Shown here piece by piece: positions 24,271 through 37,588 of a stretch of 64,000 nucleotides of DNA (position 1 is its first letter; each line of letters starts with the position of its first letter). This DNA is from Callorhinchus milii. Taxonomy: Eukaryota. The stretch covers positions 46,874,001 through 46,938,000 of the forward strand of contig NW_024704742.1 of NCBI RefSeq assembly GCF_018977255.1, in the 5' to 3' direction. The position numbers and the translations under genes are program-made. Below the pieces are notes generated by a model. The model had not been told where the DNA came from, did not search any database, and saw only the letters and a list, made by a program, of their open reading frames with translations.

Positions 24271-25179
24271 AGGCTTTGCTTTGTAAAATGATTCTTTTTC
24301 TTTGAGGTACAGGACAGAAATAAGCAAGCAATCAAGTCTCCGCCCCCTCTGTTTCTCTCTTGATGACCTATTCTCAGATGTGACCTTCCTTTCTAGGTCA
24401 GGAGACTTGCTAACTAAACCATTTCACCTTGACAAAGATCTTTGAACCGATCAAACCATCCATTGAAGTTCAGATTGAAGCTTTTAAAAGACTTATTTCA
24501 TTCCAGTATGAAGGATTTTGGCCATTGTCTTTGGGACAATATTATGAAATATCTTCTACCTCACAACCCATTTACACCTGAGTATGAACAGATAAAAGAC
24601 AATGTTTATTCAACCATCTTGCAGATGTCATGATTGCTGAGTATTTCTTTACACATATTGTAGTTTGTCAGCTTTGGATAGCTCCAGATGTTTTTATCTT
24701 CCAGATGTCATGAAGACACAGTTGTTGTTTGCTCTGACTGCTGAATATTTCTTTACACATATAGTGGCTTGACAGCTTTCAATTTAAAAGACTGTCACAG
24801 CCCATAAAAATGCTTATCGTTGAGTTGAAGCATCATTCCATGATATTATTTTCTGCTTAAAAGCACTATTCTGCACTGTTCCTTATAACTTTCTTTACTA
24901 TGACAAATTGTCATGAATTGTGAAATTACCAGTGCCCTGCCAACTGTGCCATATCTTCCCCCATCCAGAGCCATTACATTTCATTCAAAATAAAATGAAT
25001 GCTAGATTTTATTCTGCTATTACTCCCACACATGATATACATGTTCGGACAGCTCCAGGGGTTTTCATCTGTGATCCTGAAATGTAATATTTGTGTTGGC
25101 GTAATTGAGGATAGTCACTTTTCATGTCTGCAAGTTCCTTTCAATAAGCAATATTACAACAAGATTTTATTTTATTTTC

Positions 25180-25720
25180 TCAGAATGGATCAATTTCAAG
25201 ATCTTCACATTCACCTGCAAATCACTTCATGCCAGCACCTCCCTCCCTCTCCAACTTACCCACGCTGCTACCCGCCCCTTTTGCTATGCCAGCTATGTCC
25301 TTCTGTACATATCCCAACCCATCTGTTTCATTATCAGCAATTGTGCCTTCAGCCACTATGCCTCGAACCTCTGGAACTCCCTTCCTTAATCCCTCCACCT
25401 GCTCCTTCTTCATCTATCATTAAATCCCACCTTAAAACTACTTCTTCAACTAAAATAGTAATCCTTGCATTTAATATAGCCCCTTATCACGCCTTTGAGA
25501 CATCTCAAAGCTCTTCACAGAATATACTGTGAAGTGAATTGATTATATTTTGTAGGCGAAATGCGGCAGCCAATTGCGCACAGCAGTGTCCCACAAAGAG
25601 TCATGTCTACAGTCACCTCCCCTTTTCCCCCTTTCCGGCTTAGAGTCAAACTCTGCTATTATTCAGCACTCCGAGACACAACTCCACATGAAAGGTTCTA
25701 TATAAATGCAAGTTGTTGCT
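25180..25720 (+). mobile_element. older L2 3' fragment with a nested minus-strand SINE 3' half (~25455-25603)
   Basis: INFKI..AFSHYASNLWNSLP peptide; L2 tail resumes after the SINE. Confidence 0.7.
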
Positions 25721-26179
25721 TTTGTGATGCAAATGAAAATAATAAATGTGATTAAAGGGTACTTTGGAGGTAGGTGTGAGGAGGAACTAGACAGCACCCT
25801 TTTTGAATAATGTATCTTTTCAAGTACGATGAGCCTTGTTATAATGTGGTGATAGTGATTTATTAAAGCTGTGATAGCCAGTTTCACTGACTTTGCTTGT
25901 GTGTATATAGTCAGATCCTGCTTTAAACAAAATGACGTATAATCATCAGGTTTGCATCACTGTCACTTCCTGTCTGCAACTCATGCTTGATTAGGAATTA
26001 ATTTCTATTAGGAAGTAGAAAGGCTCAGATAAAATCGAGCTCTTGCTATCCTGGACATTCTATCTCTGTACACAAGCTCATTGTCAGCTAAAGCATGTAG
26101 AATCCTATTTAATCATGTCTTAACATTCACTCTTTGATTTAAATAAGTGCTTGAATCTTGATTGCCAATCACAACTTGA

Positions 26180-26527
26180 TTTGACTCCAGGACCACTGCT
26201 GCCCTGACAGAATGTCTGACAGATATCAAGTCCTGCATAAGCGCTAACTTTCTTCAGTTGAATGTCAACAAGACCTTCAGCCATTCTGCCCCCACCCTCT
26301 GGAACTCCATCCCGCAGTCCCTCCGCCTCACCTCTTCCCTTGCCTTCTTCAAAACCCAGCTCAAGACCCTCTTCTTTGACCGTGCTTTCAATCACTCTCC
26401 TTAAACCCCCTGCCCTCCACCCTTCCAAATCCCGACCCCCAGCTCGGATTCGAAACACCAACTCTCCATCACTTTGGGATGTCCTCCCAATGTGAAAGGC
26501 GCTGTAAAATATAATTTTGCTGTTGTT
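26180..26527 (+). mobile_element. internally deleted older L2 fragment
   Basis: DSRTTAALTECLTDIKS..ANFLQLN in frame, joined to the 3' end. Confidence 0.75.
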
Positions 26528-26589
26528 TTCGTTGATTATTTCAAGAATGTTCTGAACTTTTATAAAGAGATGGATATCAAGCGCTTTCA

Positions 26590-27030
26590 AACCATGACTT
26601 GGAGCTTACCGTTTAGACTTACACTCTGGAGGAGTGCCGGGGGAGCACTAATTCCGGAGAATATTAGACACAATTTGGCAAGACCCAATGCTTGGGGCCC
26701 CAGAGTATGTGTTGTGGTGCTGCTGGAGTTTAACCAGCTAAAGCCACGTAGAATGTCATTGATAGCACTGTCTGGCAAGCTTTCTCGCTGCTTGTATAGA
26801 CTAGGACCACCCTACCCATTAGGGCTTTGACTTCCAGGGTTAACAGGAGCTAAATGTCAAGATTCCCTGCCCCCAGTGACTGATCTGCCTTTCCAAGTCC
26901 TGCTGATGAGCCAGGCTGGCTGGGCTGTTATCAGCAGTGCCCTTGTGTACTGCAGACCCACCTGACTCAGGAATTGGACTACGAGAGCACCACAGACGGC
27001 TGGCTCGATTCTGACATTCCAATGGAGCAG
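26590..27030 (+). mobile_element. internal portion of the MITE-like family
   Basis: TTGGCAAGACCCAA.GCTTG...CAGAGT...TGCTGGAGTT.AA.CAGCTAAA...AGCACTGTCTGG shared with 63830-63955. Confidence 0.6.
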
Positions 27031-27149
27031 AATAAGTCGTCTCTGTGGTTCAAAAAAGTGCTCAAATGGGTAAACTGACATGCTTTGGAATTGCCCTGTG
27101 AAGTGATACTAAAAAGCCCTATGTTTTTGACGATTAGCTTTCCTTCCTT

Positions 27150-27402
27150 TTAATAATAATAATTCTTGCATTTGATACAGCGCTTTTCACGTCGGGAGGA
27201 CGCGGCAGCCAATTGCGCACAGCAATGTCCCACAAACAATCATAGATTGAAAATGACCAATTTATCATTGTTTTTGGTTTGGGAGGGATTATTATTAGGC
27301 GTGTGGAGTAAGGAAACTTGCCCAAGGTTTCACCCTGCCTGGAATTGAACTCAGGTCTCTCGCTTGCAAAGCGAGTGCTCTAACCACTGAGCTACAGGAC
27401 TC
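27150..27402 (-). mobile_element. tRNA-derived SINE, short form, with internal deletion
   Basis: Head and tail present; tail stem-loop segment reads CACGTCGGGAGGACG. Confidence 0.85.
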
Positions 27403-28619
27403 CACAAGTTTGTGGACTTTGTGGTTACCTTGACAAGGTCTCACTTTAGGGATCAGTGCCTTGAAGGCTGTAGCTTCAGTTGCTTTATGACCTCAATTGC
27501 AGAAGCAAAGAAGTCCTTGGCTACATCAGCAGTTATCCAGTCTGCACTGTCAATCCTCAAATTAGAGCATTAATGTAGTCAACCTGGATGTGATAAAGAC
27601 GTGAATGAGGGTAACCCAAAGGGAGAGGTTGTGGTGGAGAGGTACAATAATTTGGAGGTGAGAGAAAGGCACTGTATCAAAGGCAAGGATTATTATTGTA
27701 TTAAGACTCGACTTTTCAATGCTTTGGCAAAAATGATGGGTCAATCCAAAATTTCAGTTGCCCAAGGTATTAAACACTGAGATCACTGACCAGCAGACCG
27801 CATAATATGTAGCTGTTGAAACTGACCTCATAAACCCTTTACTACCCATATATACTTTGCATTTGTAACAGTTTAAATGTTAGAATAATGGGAGGGAGAG
27901 GAAAGGATGGAGAAAGGAGAGGAGGGCCAGAAAAAGGGGAAGGAGGGAGAAACACATGAACAGCAAATCCGAAAAAAGCACTTCACAGGGCATCTCCAAA
28001 ATCACATCAGTTTAGCCATTTGAGCACTTTTTCAACCACAGAGAGGAGTTATTCTGCGCCAGTTGGTCAATGTTACAAATTTATCAATGTGGGCTCTGAT
28101 TCCCTAAAGTTGCTCAGTTCGTGACCTTATAAATAACTAAAACAGTTTTAATTCCAAAGTAAGAATACCCTGTAAATGTAAAATTAAATTATGCATATAA
28201 AATCACTAGTTATTTATAGGTTTTCATTGACAGATATGTTAAGCTTAGTTGATTGAACAGAATAGGTTAGAGCGCTCATCTACTGATTAGTTGCACTGAA
28301 TGAATGGGGCAGACTAATCCCAGAGAATGTACACATGAGAAGGAGAGATAATCCATTTGATATCGTGCCTCATTATGTCATCAAAATGTTTTAAATCACA
28401 GGATTTGATTGAAAAGTGCAATGGCTGTGTATTTGTAGGTGAATATGGCAGCCAATATATCACAAATTTACTGAAGCAATGTCCCACAAACAATCACGAA
28501 GTGAATGATCAATTTAATCTGGGGATCATCCTGAAGTCCAAGGACAACCCCATTAGTGGATACAAAGTGGAGATGATGGGAAAGACTCCTCTTCCCCACA
28601 TACCATTCACCTTTGCATG

Positions 28620-30397
28620 CCTCATCCATCCTCTTCTACAAATGTAATGAGCTGATAGACTTCTTTGAGTCCAAAATTGAGGGAATTCGCTCCACTGACT
28701 CTACCCTTGCTCCCTCTCACCCTCCGGCCTCTACCTATTCCTCCCACCACACTTTGACCCCATTTCCCCTCTTCTCTCACCTACACCATTTCCCAAATGA
28801 ATCCCACCACCTACTCCTTTGACTCCCCCCCCCATCTGTACCCCTCCCCTTACCTTCCAGCTCCACCTCCTGCACCACCTTGTGCCCCCCCAACAATAAC
28901 AGGCACTGGCAACCATCACCCCGCTCTCATAAAAGCTTCCCTTGACACATCTCTGTTCTCAATTAATATCCCATCTCCAACTTTCCTTTTCTTTCCAAGG
29001 TCTTGAGTCATTACTTCCCAGCTTCGCTGTTTCATCTCCTGCCACTCCCTGTTTGAACCCCTCCAATCGGGTTTTCATGCTACCCACAGGACAGAGGCAG
29101 TCTTAGTTAAAGTTACAAATGACATTCTGTCCATCTGTGACCAGGATTCTCATTGTCTTCCCATCCTTCTTGATCTCTGTGTGTCTTTGACACTGTTGAC
29201 CACTCTATTCTTCTCCATCGCATCTTCTCTCAGCTCCATCTTTACGGTTCTGTCCTTGCCCGATTTTGTTCTTTCTGAGAGCGAACTTTCCCATCATCTC
29301 CATTTTGTATCCACTAATGGCTTTTGCTCTAGCCCTTGCGCCATCATGTTCCTCAGGGCTGTATCCTTGGTCATCTCCGGATTAGTATTTACATGCTCCC
29401 GCTCGGTGATATTATCTCCTGGCACGGAGATAAATTCCACATGTATGCGGATGAAACCCAACTCTATTTCTCTGCTCCATCCTCAACTCCAAGACCACTG
29501 CTGTCCCAGATTATCTGTCAGACATCAAGTCCTGGATGGGAGCGAACTTTCTCCAGTTGAATGTTAACAAGACTGAGGCCCTCTTGCTTGGCTCCCGTCA
29601 GCACCTCCTCACCTCAGGTGCTGACAGCATCATTATTCATGGATGCACTCTCCACCTCACTGAGCCAGTTCAGAACCTTGGTGTCCTATTCGATTCTCAA
29701 TTGTCCTTTGAACAGTACATCTGTGCCATGATCCGTTCTGCCTTCTCCCATCTCAGCAATATCACCCAACTCCGCCACTACCTCTCCCCTCAGGTTGCTG
29801 AGACCCTCATCCATGCTTTCATCATGTCCAGCTTGACAATAATAACTCCCTACTCTTCCCACACTTCCCAACTCTTCCTTCTGCAAGTTGCAGATTATTG
29901 GCCTTTCTCACACAAAGCTCCATGAGCCGATCATGCTGTACTTGCCCGGCTTCACTAGCTCCACATACCCACAAGGGATCATGTTTAAGATCCATATCCT
30001 CACTTTTAAAGCCCTTCATGATCTTGCTGATCCCGACTTCTGTGACCTGCTAAAAGCTTACCAACCTGTTCGCTCCCTCCACTCGGCGGGCACTGGCCTG
30101 CTCCATGATCCCCACCCTGCCCTCCCCACCAACAGTGGTCGCATCTTCAGCCTTTCTGCCGGCATCCTCTGGAATTCCATCCCAGAGACCTTTGCCTTAC
30201 TTTCTTCCTACAAGGTCCATCTCAAGATCTATCGCTTTGACTGTGCATTTGGTTATCCTCCCTTCCCCATTCCCTTATCCTGCACCTTTCTTGATTCTAA
30301 CGGGCAGCTCGGGTGCAAACCCTTGACTGGCCAGCGCCTTCGGACATCCTCCCAACGTGAAAGGCAGTGTACAAATGCAATTTGTTAATATTGTTGT
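28620..30397 (+). mobile_element. older L2 RT-to-3' fragment
   Basis: [27 protein letters not shown] and NFLQLNVNKTEALLLG peptides; tail present. Confidence 0.9.
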
Positions 30398-30789
30398 TCA
30401 CCTAACAGGCAAAGGGGACCTCAGTTTAATAGCTCAGCTGAAGTTCAGCACTCCAGACGGTGCAGCGCTCCTGATGGAAGAAGGTTTTGAATAGTACCTT
30501 ATATTGTACACCACAAGATGACCCATTAATTGTACTGTTTCATATCCACTGTGGGGCAAGTCTCAATTAGTGCCGATAATGAGATTTCTACTGTAGCATC
30601 AAATTAAGTTAAACATTCTGACAGATTTTATAAGAAACTTGAAAGTAAAAAGGCAACATGAGGTTCTGAAACCCACTGCAGAGTAATATTATTCCAGGCC
30701 TTTAAGGTCTCTTTCATTGTCTGTTCCAAAGGAAAAAAGCATAGTTACTGCAGAATATCTTTGTTATGTGTGCCTTAGGATGAATAATC

Positions 30790-30990
30790 CGTCCAAAACA
30801 AAACAATAATAAATTGGTCATTTTCAATCCACGACCGTTTGTGGGACGCTGCTGTGCGCAATTGGCTGCCATGTTTCACCCACAAATATATGGTCAATTC
30901 ACCATATGGTCTATTCTGTGAAGCGCTTTGAGACGTCGAGAAGACGTGAAAAGCGCTATATCAAATGCAAGGATAATTATTATTATTAAT
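30790..30990 (+). mobile_element. young SINE 3' half
   Basis: AGCGCTTTGAGACGTCGAGAAGACGTGAAAAGCGCTATATCAAATGCAAGG tail. Confidence 0.9.
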
Positions 30991-31554
30991 AATCATCTAA
31001 ACTGTCTCATTCATTTGACAAAGTCCTTATGACTGTAACAGGTGTCTGGCCACATGGACCAATGCTGTGCACTTTTGCATACTTTAAAATAACTGGATTA
31101 CTTGAAAAGGTTAATCATTTCCCGATATCTTTTGACACATTCATTTCAAACTGTAGCACCACTAGAAATACCCAGCATATGTAAGGGGTTTGCATATAAT
31201 TGTAATGGCTTTAAACAGTGCAATGTTTAATCTGTTCTTTAGCAGTTGCCGAAATAATTGCAATTGACTGCAGGCAATTGACTGTGAAATGGAATCCAAA
31301 TGAATGTATGCATTATAATGAAGATTAACACTGTCACACTCTCAAGGTCTTTGCTTTAAAAAATCCTGGTTCTGGTTACAAGACTGAAAAGTTAATGATG
31401 GGAGTACCTTCAAAAACGAATCATAAAATGCTATTTCAGTGAAACTGTTAATCCTTCCTTTTACAATGTTTGATTCTTATTTCCACATCCTTACTGAAGC
31501 TGTCATTTATTTTAATAAGTGTCTGATCAAAATAAATTTGGATAAAATAAGCAT

Positions 31555-31760
31555 TGGGAGGGGTAGAGGGCAGGGAGGGTAGAAGGGTGATCAAAGGCAC
31601 GGTCGAAGATGAGCATCTTGACACCTGCTTTGAAGGAAGCAAGAGAGGCAACAAGGCAAAGGGACTGTGGGATGGAGTTCCAAAGGGTGGAGGCAGAGAG
31701 GCTGAAGGTTAGATCACTGATGGTGGGGTGGGCCGGGAGGGGAACGTGGAGCAGGCCAGC
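31555..31760 (-). mobile_element. L2 3' fragment
   Basis: Homologous to 1810-2010. Confidence 0.75.
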
Positions 31761-33664
31761 AAATGTTCCTATATGTTCCTATGAGCGGACTGGTGACTGT
31801 GGAGTTAGCAAGTCACAGAGATAGGGAATCATATATATTATAGAGATAACACCATTGTTCATCATTGTTTAGAGTGAATCCTGTGAAGGGCTTTGAGATA
31901 TCCTCCAGAAGTGAAAGGCACAAATGCAAGGATTACTATTGTTATTTTTATTGGTGAAGACTAATCATTTAGTGCTTGCTAAAATGATTAAATCTTTATG
32001 AAATAAAGGAGGAAAATTTGTGGTATGTGATGTGTTAAAAGTACTTACCATACATTTCTCGACAACAAAAACAACTTGCATTTATATAGCGCCCCTCACA
32101 CAGAGTAACATCTCAGAGCTCCCCAATGATACACATATCATTAAATAACTTCATACATAGTAGGACTGAATTTGTTCGAGCTTTGGGATTCACACACCAG
32201 TTCACATCCCAGTTTTACAAAACATTCAAGATTTGCTTATTTAAGGGTTGTTTAAGCAGATTCAAAGCCTTTACTAAAGCATAAGGACTTGCTTTGAACT
32301 AGGTGCCGTTCAACCTTGTTATAATATGTTTCAGATACAGGAGGTTCAAATGTAACCAGAACCATAATGAAGTGAGCTCACTGGCTTCCTGCTCAAAGTA
32401 GGTGTATTTTGTATCCAAGAGAAGTTTACAGATTTAAGATAGGATTTGACTATGATTGGAAAGCAAATCATAGCTGTCGAGATTGACTGCAAAAAAAGGG
32501 CTGAAGAATCAACACATGAAATCGGAACGTTCTGCAAAAAAGTCTTTGTTGTTCTAGGCCATTTGGACAATTTTAAAATAATAATAATAATCCTTACATT
32601 TGCTGCAGCACCTTTCATGTCGGGATGACCTCTCACAGGATATATTATAAAGTGAAATGACTGCATGTTTTGTGGGAGAACGTTAATGTTCTTAGTTTCT
32701 GGCAAGGGTTTTATACTTAAAAAAGTTGATGTTATCAGAGACAAGCTGCACCTTGTTAACTTCATAAGCCACTCGGTCTGTTTATGTAAATTGCAGCCGC
32801 ATATTAACTGAAAGAAAGTTTAAGATGACAAACAAATAAAAGATAGATTTGCCCATCTGCACAAAATCCTTTTTAAAAAGGGGAGTGAGTGTTTTTGAAC
32901 TTGAATTTGAACCCAATTCCTTGACTTCGCAATTGAATGACTCACTGCATTTCAAGGAAGAATTTCTGAGTCAGCTGAAAGCTCTTCAAGGGAGAGACTG
33001 CAGAGAAAACTGAGTTTTTTTTTGTTCACAATGGCTGTGTTTTAAGAAGACAGTTTCCCTTTGTGCCCGAAATAAATGCTGGGGTGAAAAATTTGGGCAA
33101 TTATGTGATAATTATCACCAGTGACAATGGTACATAGAAGCACAAAAAAAGGAAAGAACAGAAAGATCCAGAGAACAACATACATATATATATACATTTC
33201 TCTGTTTATGGCAACTGCTCACTCCATTCACAGAGGAGAATAAAAGACAGACCCCCCCCCACCTCAAAATGGTCCATTTGGGGGGTGAGGAAATCCTGAA
33301 AAATTTCTCCTGGACTCCACGTTCACATTCCCTCCACCTTCATTGTCTGTTAACTGTTTTCTAATGCATACATAACACACAGTTGGTTCCAATGATGGGA
33401 AAATAAGGGCAGACAGGGAGATGTTGTCAATTTACTTTGTTGTGGATGTTTGACTATCTTGACATTTTAATCTAGTTTTGTTATGTAAATTAACAATGGA
33501 TGATTAAATAATTGTGGAACTCCGGGTAGAAATTCTTTATTATTTTGCAAAATAGTGCCATAAATGCAGTAGCTCTATTGTTTCTTGGGCTGCCTTGATT
33601 TATTGAGGGTGCAGAGGAAGTATACAAAAGATTTTAGTAAAACAAATTAAGGAATCCTACGAGA

Positions 33665-33856
33665 AATAATATAATAATAATCCTTGCATTTGATATAAGG
33701 CCTGATCACGTCACTGAGACATCTCAAAGCGCTTCACAAGAAAATGTGTGGAGTCCTGTAGCTCAGTGGTTAGAGCACACACTTTGCAAGTGGGAGACCT
33801 GAGTTCAATTCCAGGCAGGGCGAAACCTTGGGAAAGTTTCCTTACTCCACATTTCC
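33665..33856. mobile_element. rearranged SINE: minus-strand tail joined to an inverted head
   Basis: Tail on - at 33665-33738, head on + at 33751-33850. Confidence 0.8.
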
Positions 33857-34744
33857 AAATAAACAGCTAGTTGATGCTATTTTGATTCAGAGTAAGAGCA
33901 GTATTATATTCTAAACTGAGCCAAAATAGGCAACAATTTGCACTTTGTGCATTTCAAGACCTGCCTTTTAACCAGGTTTTCGGTTATCTTCTGCTATGAT
34001 AAGGCATAATATCAAATGCAAGAATTTTTTATGAATAGATTTGGTTGGATCTAATGCCACCTTTCTATTCCTTGTAAATCTTATGCATGAAAGCAAAGAA
34101 AAACAGAAGACCAGCTGTCCACTGAACACATTGCTTTTGTGTTAAAAGCGTGTTAAAATTGCAGTAAGCTTATTTATTCTCCTGAGAGAAATGAACAGTC
34201 ACAACTGAAACATGCAAGGGAAAAAGACTGAAATTCCCCTCAGCCTCCATAGGCAAACAAGCAGAAATCTAACAACATCAATGTATATTGTGACGTTCTA
34301 CTTATCCCAGATCAGTTATATTCCATAGACAGTAATTCCATGACAGGCTCTTTCTGAAAGTAACTGCAAATCAGTGTTCACTAAGCATTTAAAGATCTTT
34401 TTTGTTTCCTATGCATATGGTAGAGCTTTCAACCCCTTTTAACACCTGCCTCTTTTTAAACAATTAATTGTGAAGCATCAACTAGTTTTGGTACAACAAC
34501 AACAATAACAAATTATATTACTAAAGTGCCCTTCACGTCGGGAGGACGACCCAAGATGCTGAAATGAACACTATAGGATAGGGTACAACACTATAAGATG
34601 AAAAAATTCATAACCGAGTTCATGTAATGATATAAAATCTTATTTGTCTCACTCTTATCACTTGGGGAAGACACTTCTCTTCTCAGTTATTGCTAGCTAA
34701 TTTTTATTATTGACTGTAAATGTGTTTCAATTCCAGTTATTTTA

Positions 34745-35096
34745 ACCTCCATGGCCTTGCTCCCTCTGCGACCTTCAAAACCCCTACCCACCTGCCCACT
34801 CCCTCCACTCAACGGACCTGCCTCATGCCCCCCGCCTCGCCTGCCCCACCATTTGTAGGTGGGCCTTCAGCCATTCTGCCCTCTGGAACTCCATTCTGTA
34901 GTCCTACCACCTCGCCCCCTCCCTTGCTACCGTCAAGACCCCGTCTCAAGTCCCTCCTCTTCGACGTATCTTCGGTCACTCTCCTTTCCCCTGCCCTTCA
35001 CCCCAGCTCGGGTTGAAATACTGATTGTCCAGCCCCTTGGGATGTCTTCCCGATATGAAAGGCTCTATACAAATGTAATTGTGTTGTTGTTGTTGT
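34745..35096 (+). mobile_element. L2 3' fragment
   Basis: CTCCATGGCCTTGCTCCC through to a (TTG)n tail. Confidence 0.8.
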
Positions 35097-35419
35097 CTTT
35101 CGAATTGTGAAGGTCTGAAAGCATCTCTCCACTTCTGGACATTCAATAATATACAACATCTATAGCTTGCAAAATACCTCTGCAAACCTCACTCAATCAT
35201 CAGCAGACAGTCTTAGTGCAGTGGTGGCCAATCTGTGGCCCATAGAGCCATCAAGAAGAGGCCTCCCGAATATTCCCACATGTAGGTAAAGATTTATGGC
35301 ATAAATCAAGAAGAACAGTTATTTTTTGGGGAGACCATAAAGTCTTTGTTCTAGGGAATTCTTCTCTTTTCTCACCCGATTTCTGCTTCTGCTCCTCTAA
35401 TCCTTCCATGCATGATTAA

Positions 35420-35600
35420 ATACATTTCATGCCCATGGAGTTAATGACAAATTTGTCAGCTAGGTTGAAGAGTGAATTAGGGAGCAGAAACGAGAAGGTG
35501 TTGATAACTTGGGGAAAAGAATCTCTGGAGAGCAGTGACCATTCCATAGGGATCTGTTCTGGGTTCCTTACTTTCACATTGTTCAGGAATGATATGAGGG
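35420..35600 (+). mobile_element. decayed CR1 RT-region fragment
   Basis: GTGACCATTCCATAGGGATCTGTTCTGGG resembles the VPQGSVLG codons in CR1-like AT-rich context. Confidence 0.45.
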
Positions 35601-36754
35601 ATGAAAGAGTGGTACTGTATTAGTATCAGGATTCTCTAGGATTTGTAAATATTGAGGCCTGCAGGTAACAAGTGTTGATGTTCAATAATATACATTGTAT
35701 ATGTTTCAGTCCCTCCTCATCCCTGCTTTCTTGCAAGCTCATATTTGCAACAATGTAATAAATGTCTTCCCCACATTAGAAACTCTGTTGGTATCAACTT
35801 TTCTCCCTCAACATCCTGGAAAAGAACAGGCCTTTAAAAATCTATATAATTTGTACAACAGAATCTAACCGAACATTCATTCTCTAAAGCTAATCCATTA
35901 TGGCACCCACAATGTATTCGGTAGTGAATCACACAACATGTTACGCAACATCATAGTCGATGACAGTCACTCCAGATCTGTTTTCTATTGTCCAATATGA
36001 CCGTTTAATTTGCTTGAGGAGATTTGTGATGCAGTGATTAAAGTTGACCTGGGTCAGGTGCTTCCTGAAGTGGGCATTGATAGTCAGATACATTTAATCA
36101 GCCTCATTGCGAGGTGTATCAAGTGTCTTCATTGCCTGAGGCTATTTGCGTTGGTAATGTTTTCCCTCCAGTGGCAGTGCTTATTAGAGCACCAAAGTAC
36201 CGTGCCATTCAACATTAAATAGTTTTGTAATGGTATTAAAATGTGACAGATTAACATGGAGATGTACCAGACCACGTCACATCACATTACAGAATTTTGC
36301 GGTACTTTAAAAAAAAGTGGAAAAAAATTATCTACTTAGATATTGAATTTTAATATTCAATTATCAAGTGTTGTAAATTATTCTTGTTTCTCATTATATT
36401 TCTCCAGAAATGCATTCAAAAAACATGAATGACTGCCAATTATATTTATCAGAAAAGGAGGCTAGACTAGAAAGAGCTCCATCAGCAAAATGTTGCTTTT
36501 ATTGCAAATATGCTTGACCTCAGAAAACGTGCTTACAGTAAAATTGTATCCAAAATAACCAAGCATGATTGAATATTATTCAGGTCTGTAACAATAAGAT
36601 GTTTGGCACTGTTGTGTAGTGAGAAAGGCAGGGATAGTGCAAACTATTTTAATTAGGTAAAACAATATTTGGCATATTATGGCTCCCTTCATAAATCGTT
36701 TGTGAAGTACTCTCAGAACGATTCAGCACAATAATAAATCATTCTGCTTTGCTA

Positions 36755-37054
36755 GGTGTCATCCTGGCTCAGGTGGTAGCACTCTTGCCTTTGAGTTAAA
36801 AGGTTGCGGGTTCAAGCCCTAAGTCGGGACTTTGAACTCACGGTCTGAGCTGACACTCAACAACAACAACAACAACAAGATTCCATTTATAAAGCGCCTT
36901 TCACGTCAGGAGGACGTCCCAAGGCGCTGGAACTCCAATGCAGCGCTGGGAGATTCTGCGTTAGCTGGAGGTGCCTTTCTGCCGACAAGGGGTTTGAACT
37001 CACAACCTCCTGACACAGAGATAAGAGCACCATCAATTGAGCCAGGCTGACACC
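36755..37054. mobile_element. two inverted Deu-type SINE heads with a nested L2 tail (36859-36931)
   Basis: GGTGTCATCCTGGCTCA at the left and TGAGCCAGGCTGACACC at the right; L2 tail flanked by a duplicated ACTC. Confidence 0.75.
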
Positions 37055-37356
37055 ATATGAAGAATGACTGAAACAAAGGAATGCCTCAATGTGTCAGAAA
37101 ACGCAAGTCAAGCCAGGTTTATGGTTGCTTTCAACCCTGCTTCTAATTCATCTGGTAAAGACAACAATGATCAGGAGTCCACTTCCAACCAGAGAACCCG
37201 CTCAGGATATGAAGCATTAGAATACAAAGCACTGAATCTATTCTCAGAGCAACCCCAGAATTCTGTAGTTTCAAGGCAATTTAAAACAAGCTCAGATCCT
37301 AACGGTGTTCCTTACCACATCACGCAAATATGCCTTAAGGCACAATGAGGCAACAG

Positions 37357-37588
37357 AACAACAACAACAACAACAAGATTCCATTTATAAAGCGCCTTTC
37401 ACGTCGGGAGGACGTCCCAAGGCGCTGCACAGTTGGGTCAGGACCCGAGCAGGGGGAAATGGTCAGGGTGAGGGGAGGGAAGGGAGGGTGCGAGGAGGGG
37501 GGAAATGGTCAGGGTGAGGGGAGGGAAGGGAGGGAGCGAGGAGGGGGAAGAGAGTTGAGAGGGGAGCTGAAGGCTCGGTCAAAGAGAA
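37357..37588 (-). mobile_element. short young L2 3' end with two copies of a ~45-bp 3'UTR unit
   Basis: Near identical to 1681-1872, with GGGGAAATGGTCAGGGTGAGGGGAGGGAAGGGAGGG.GCGAGGA duplicated. Confidence 0.9.
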
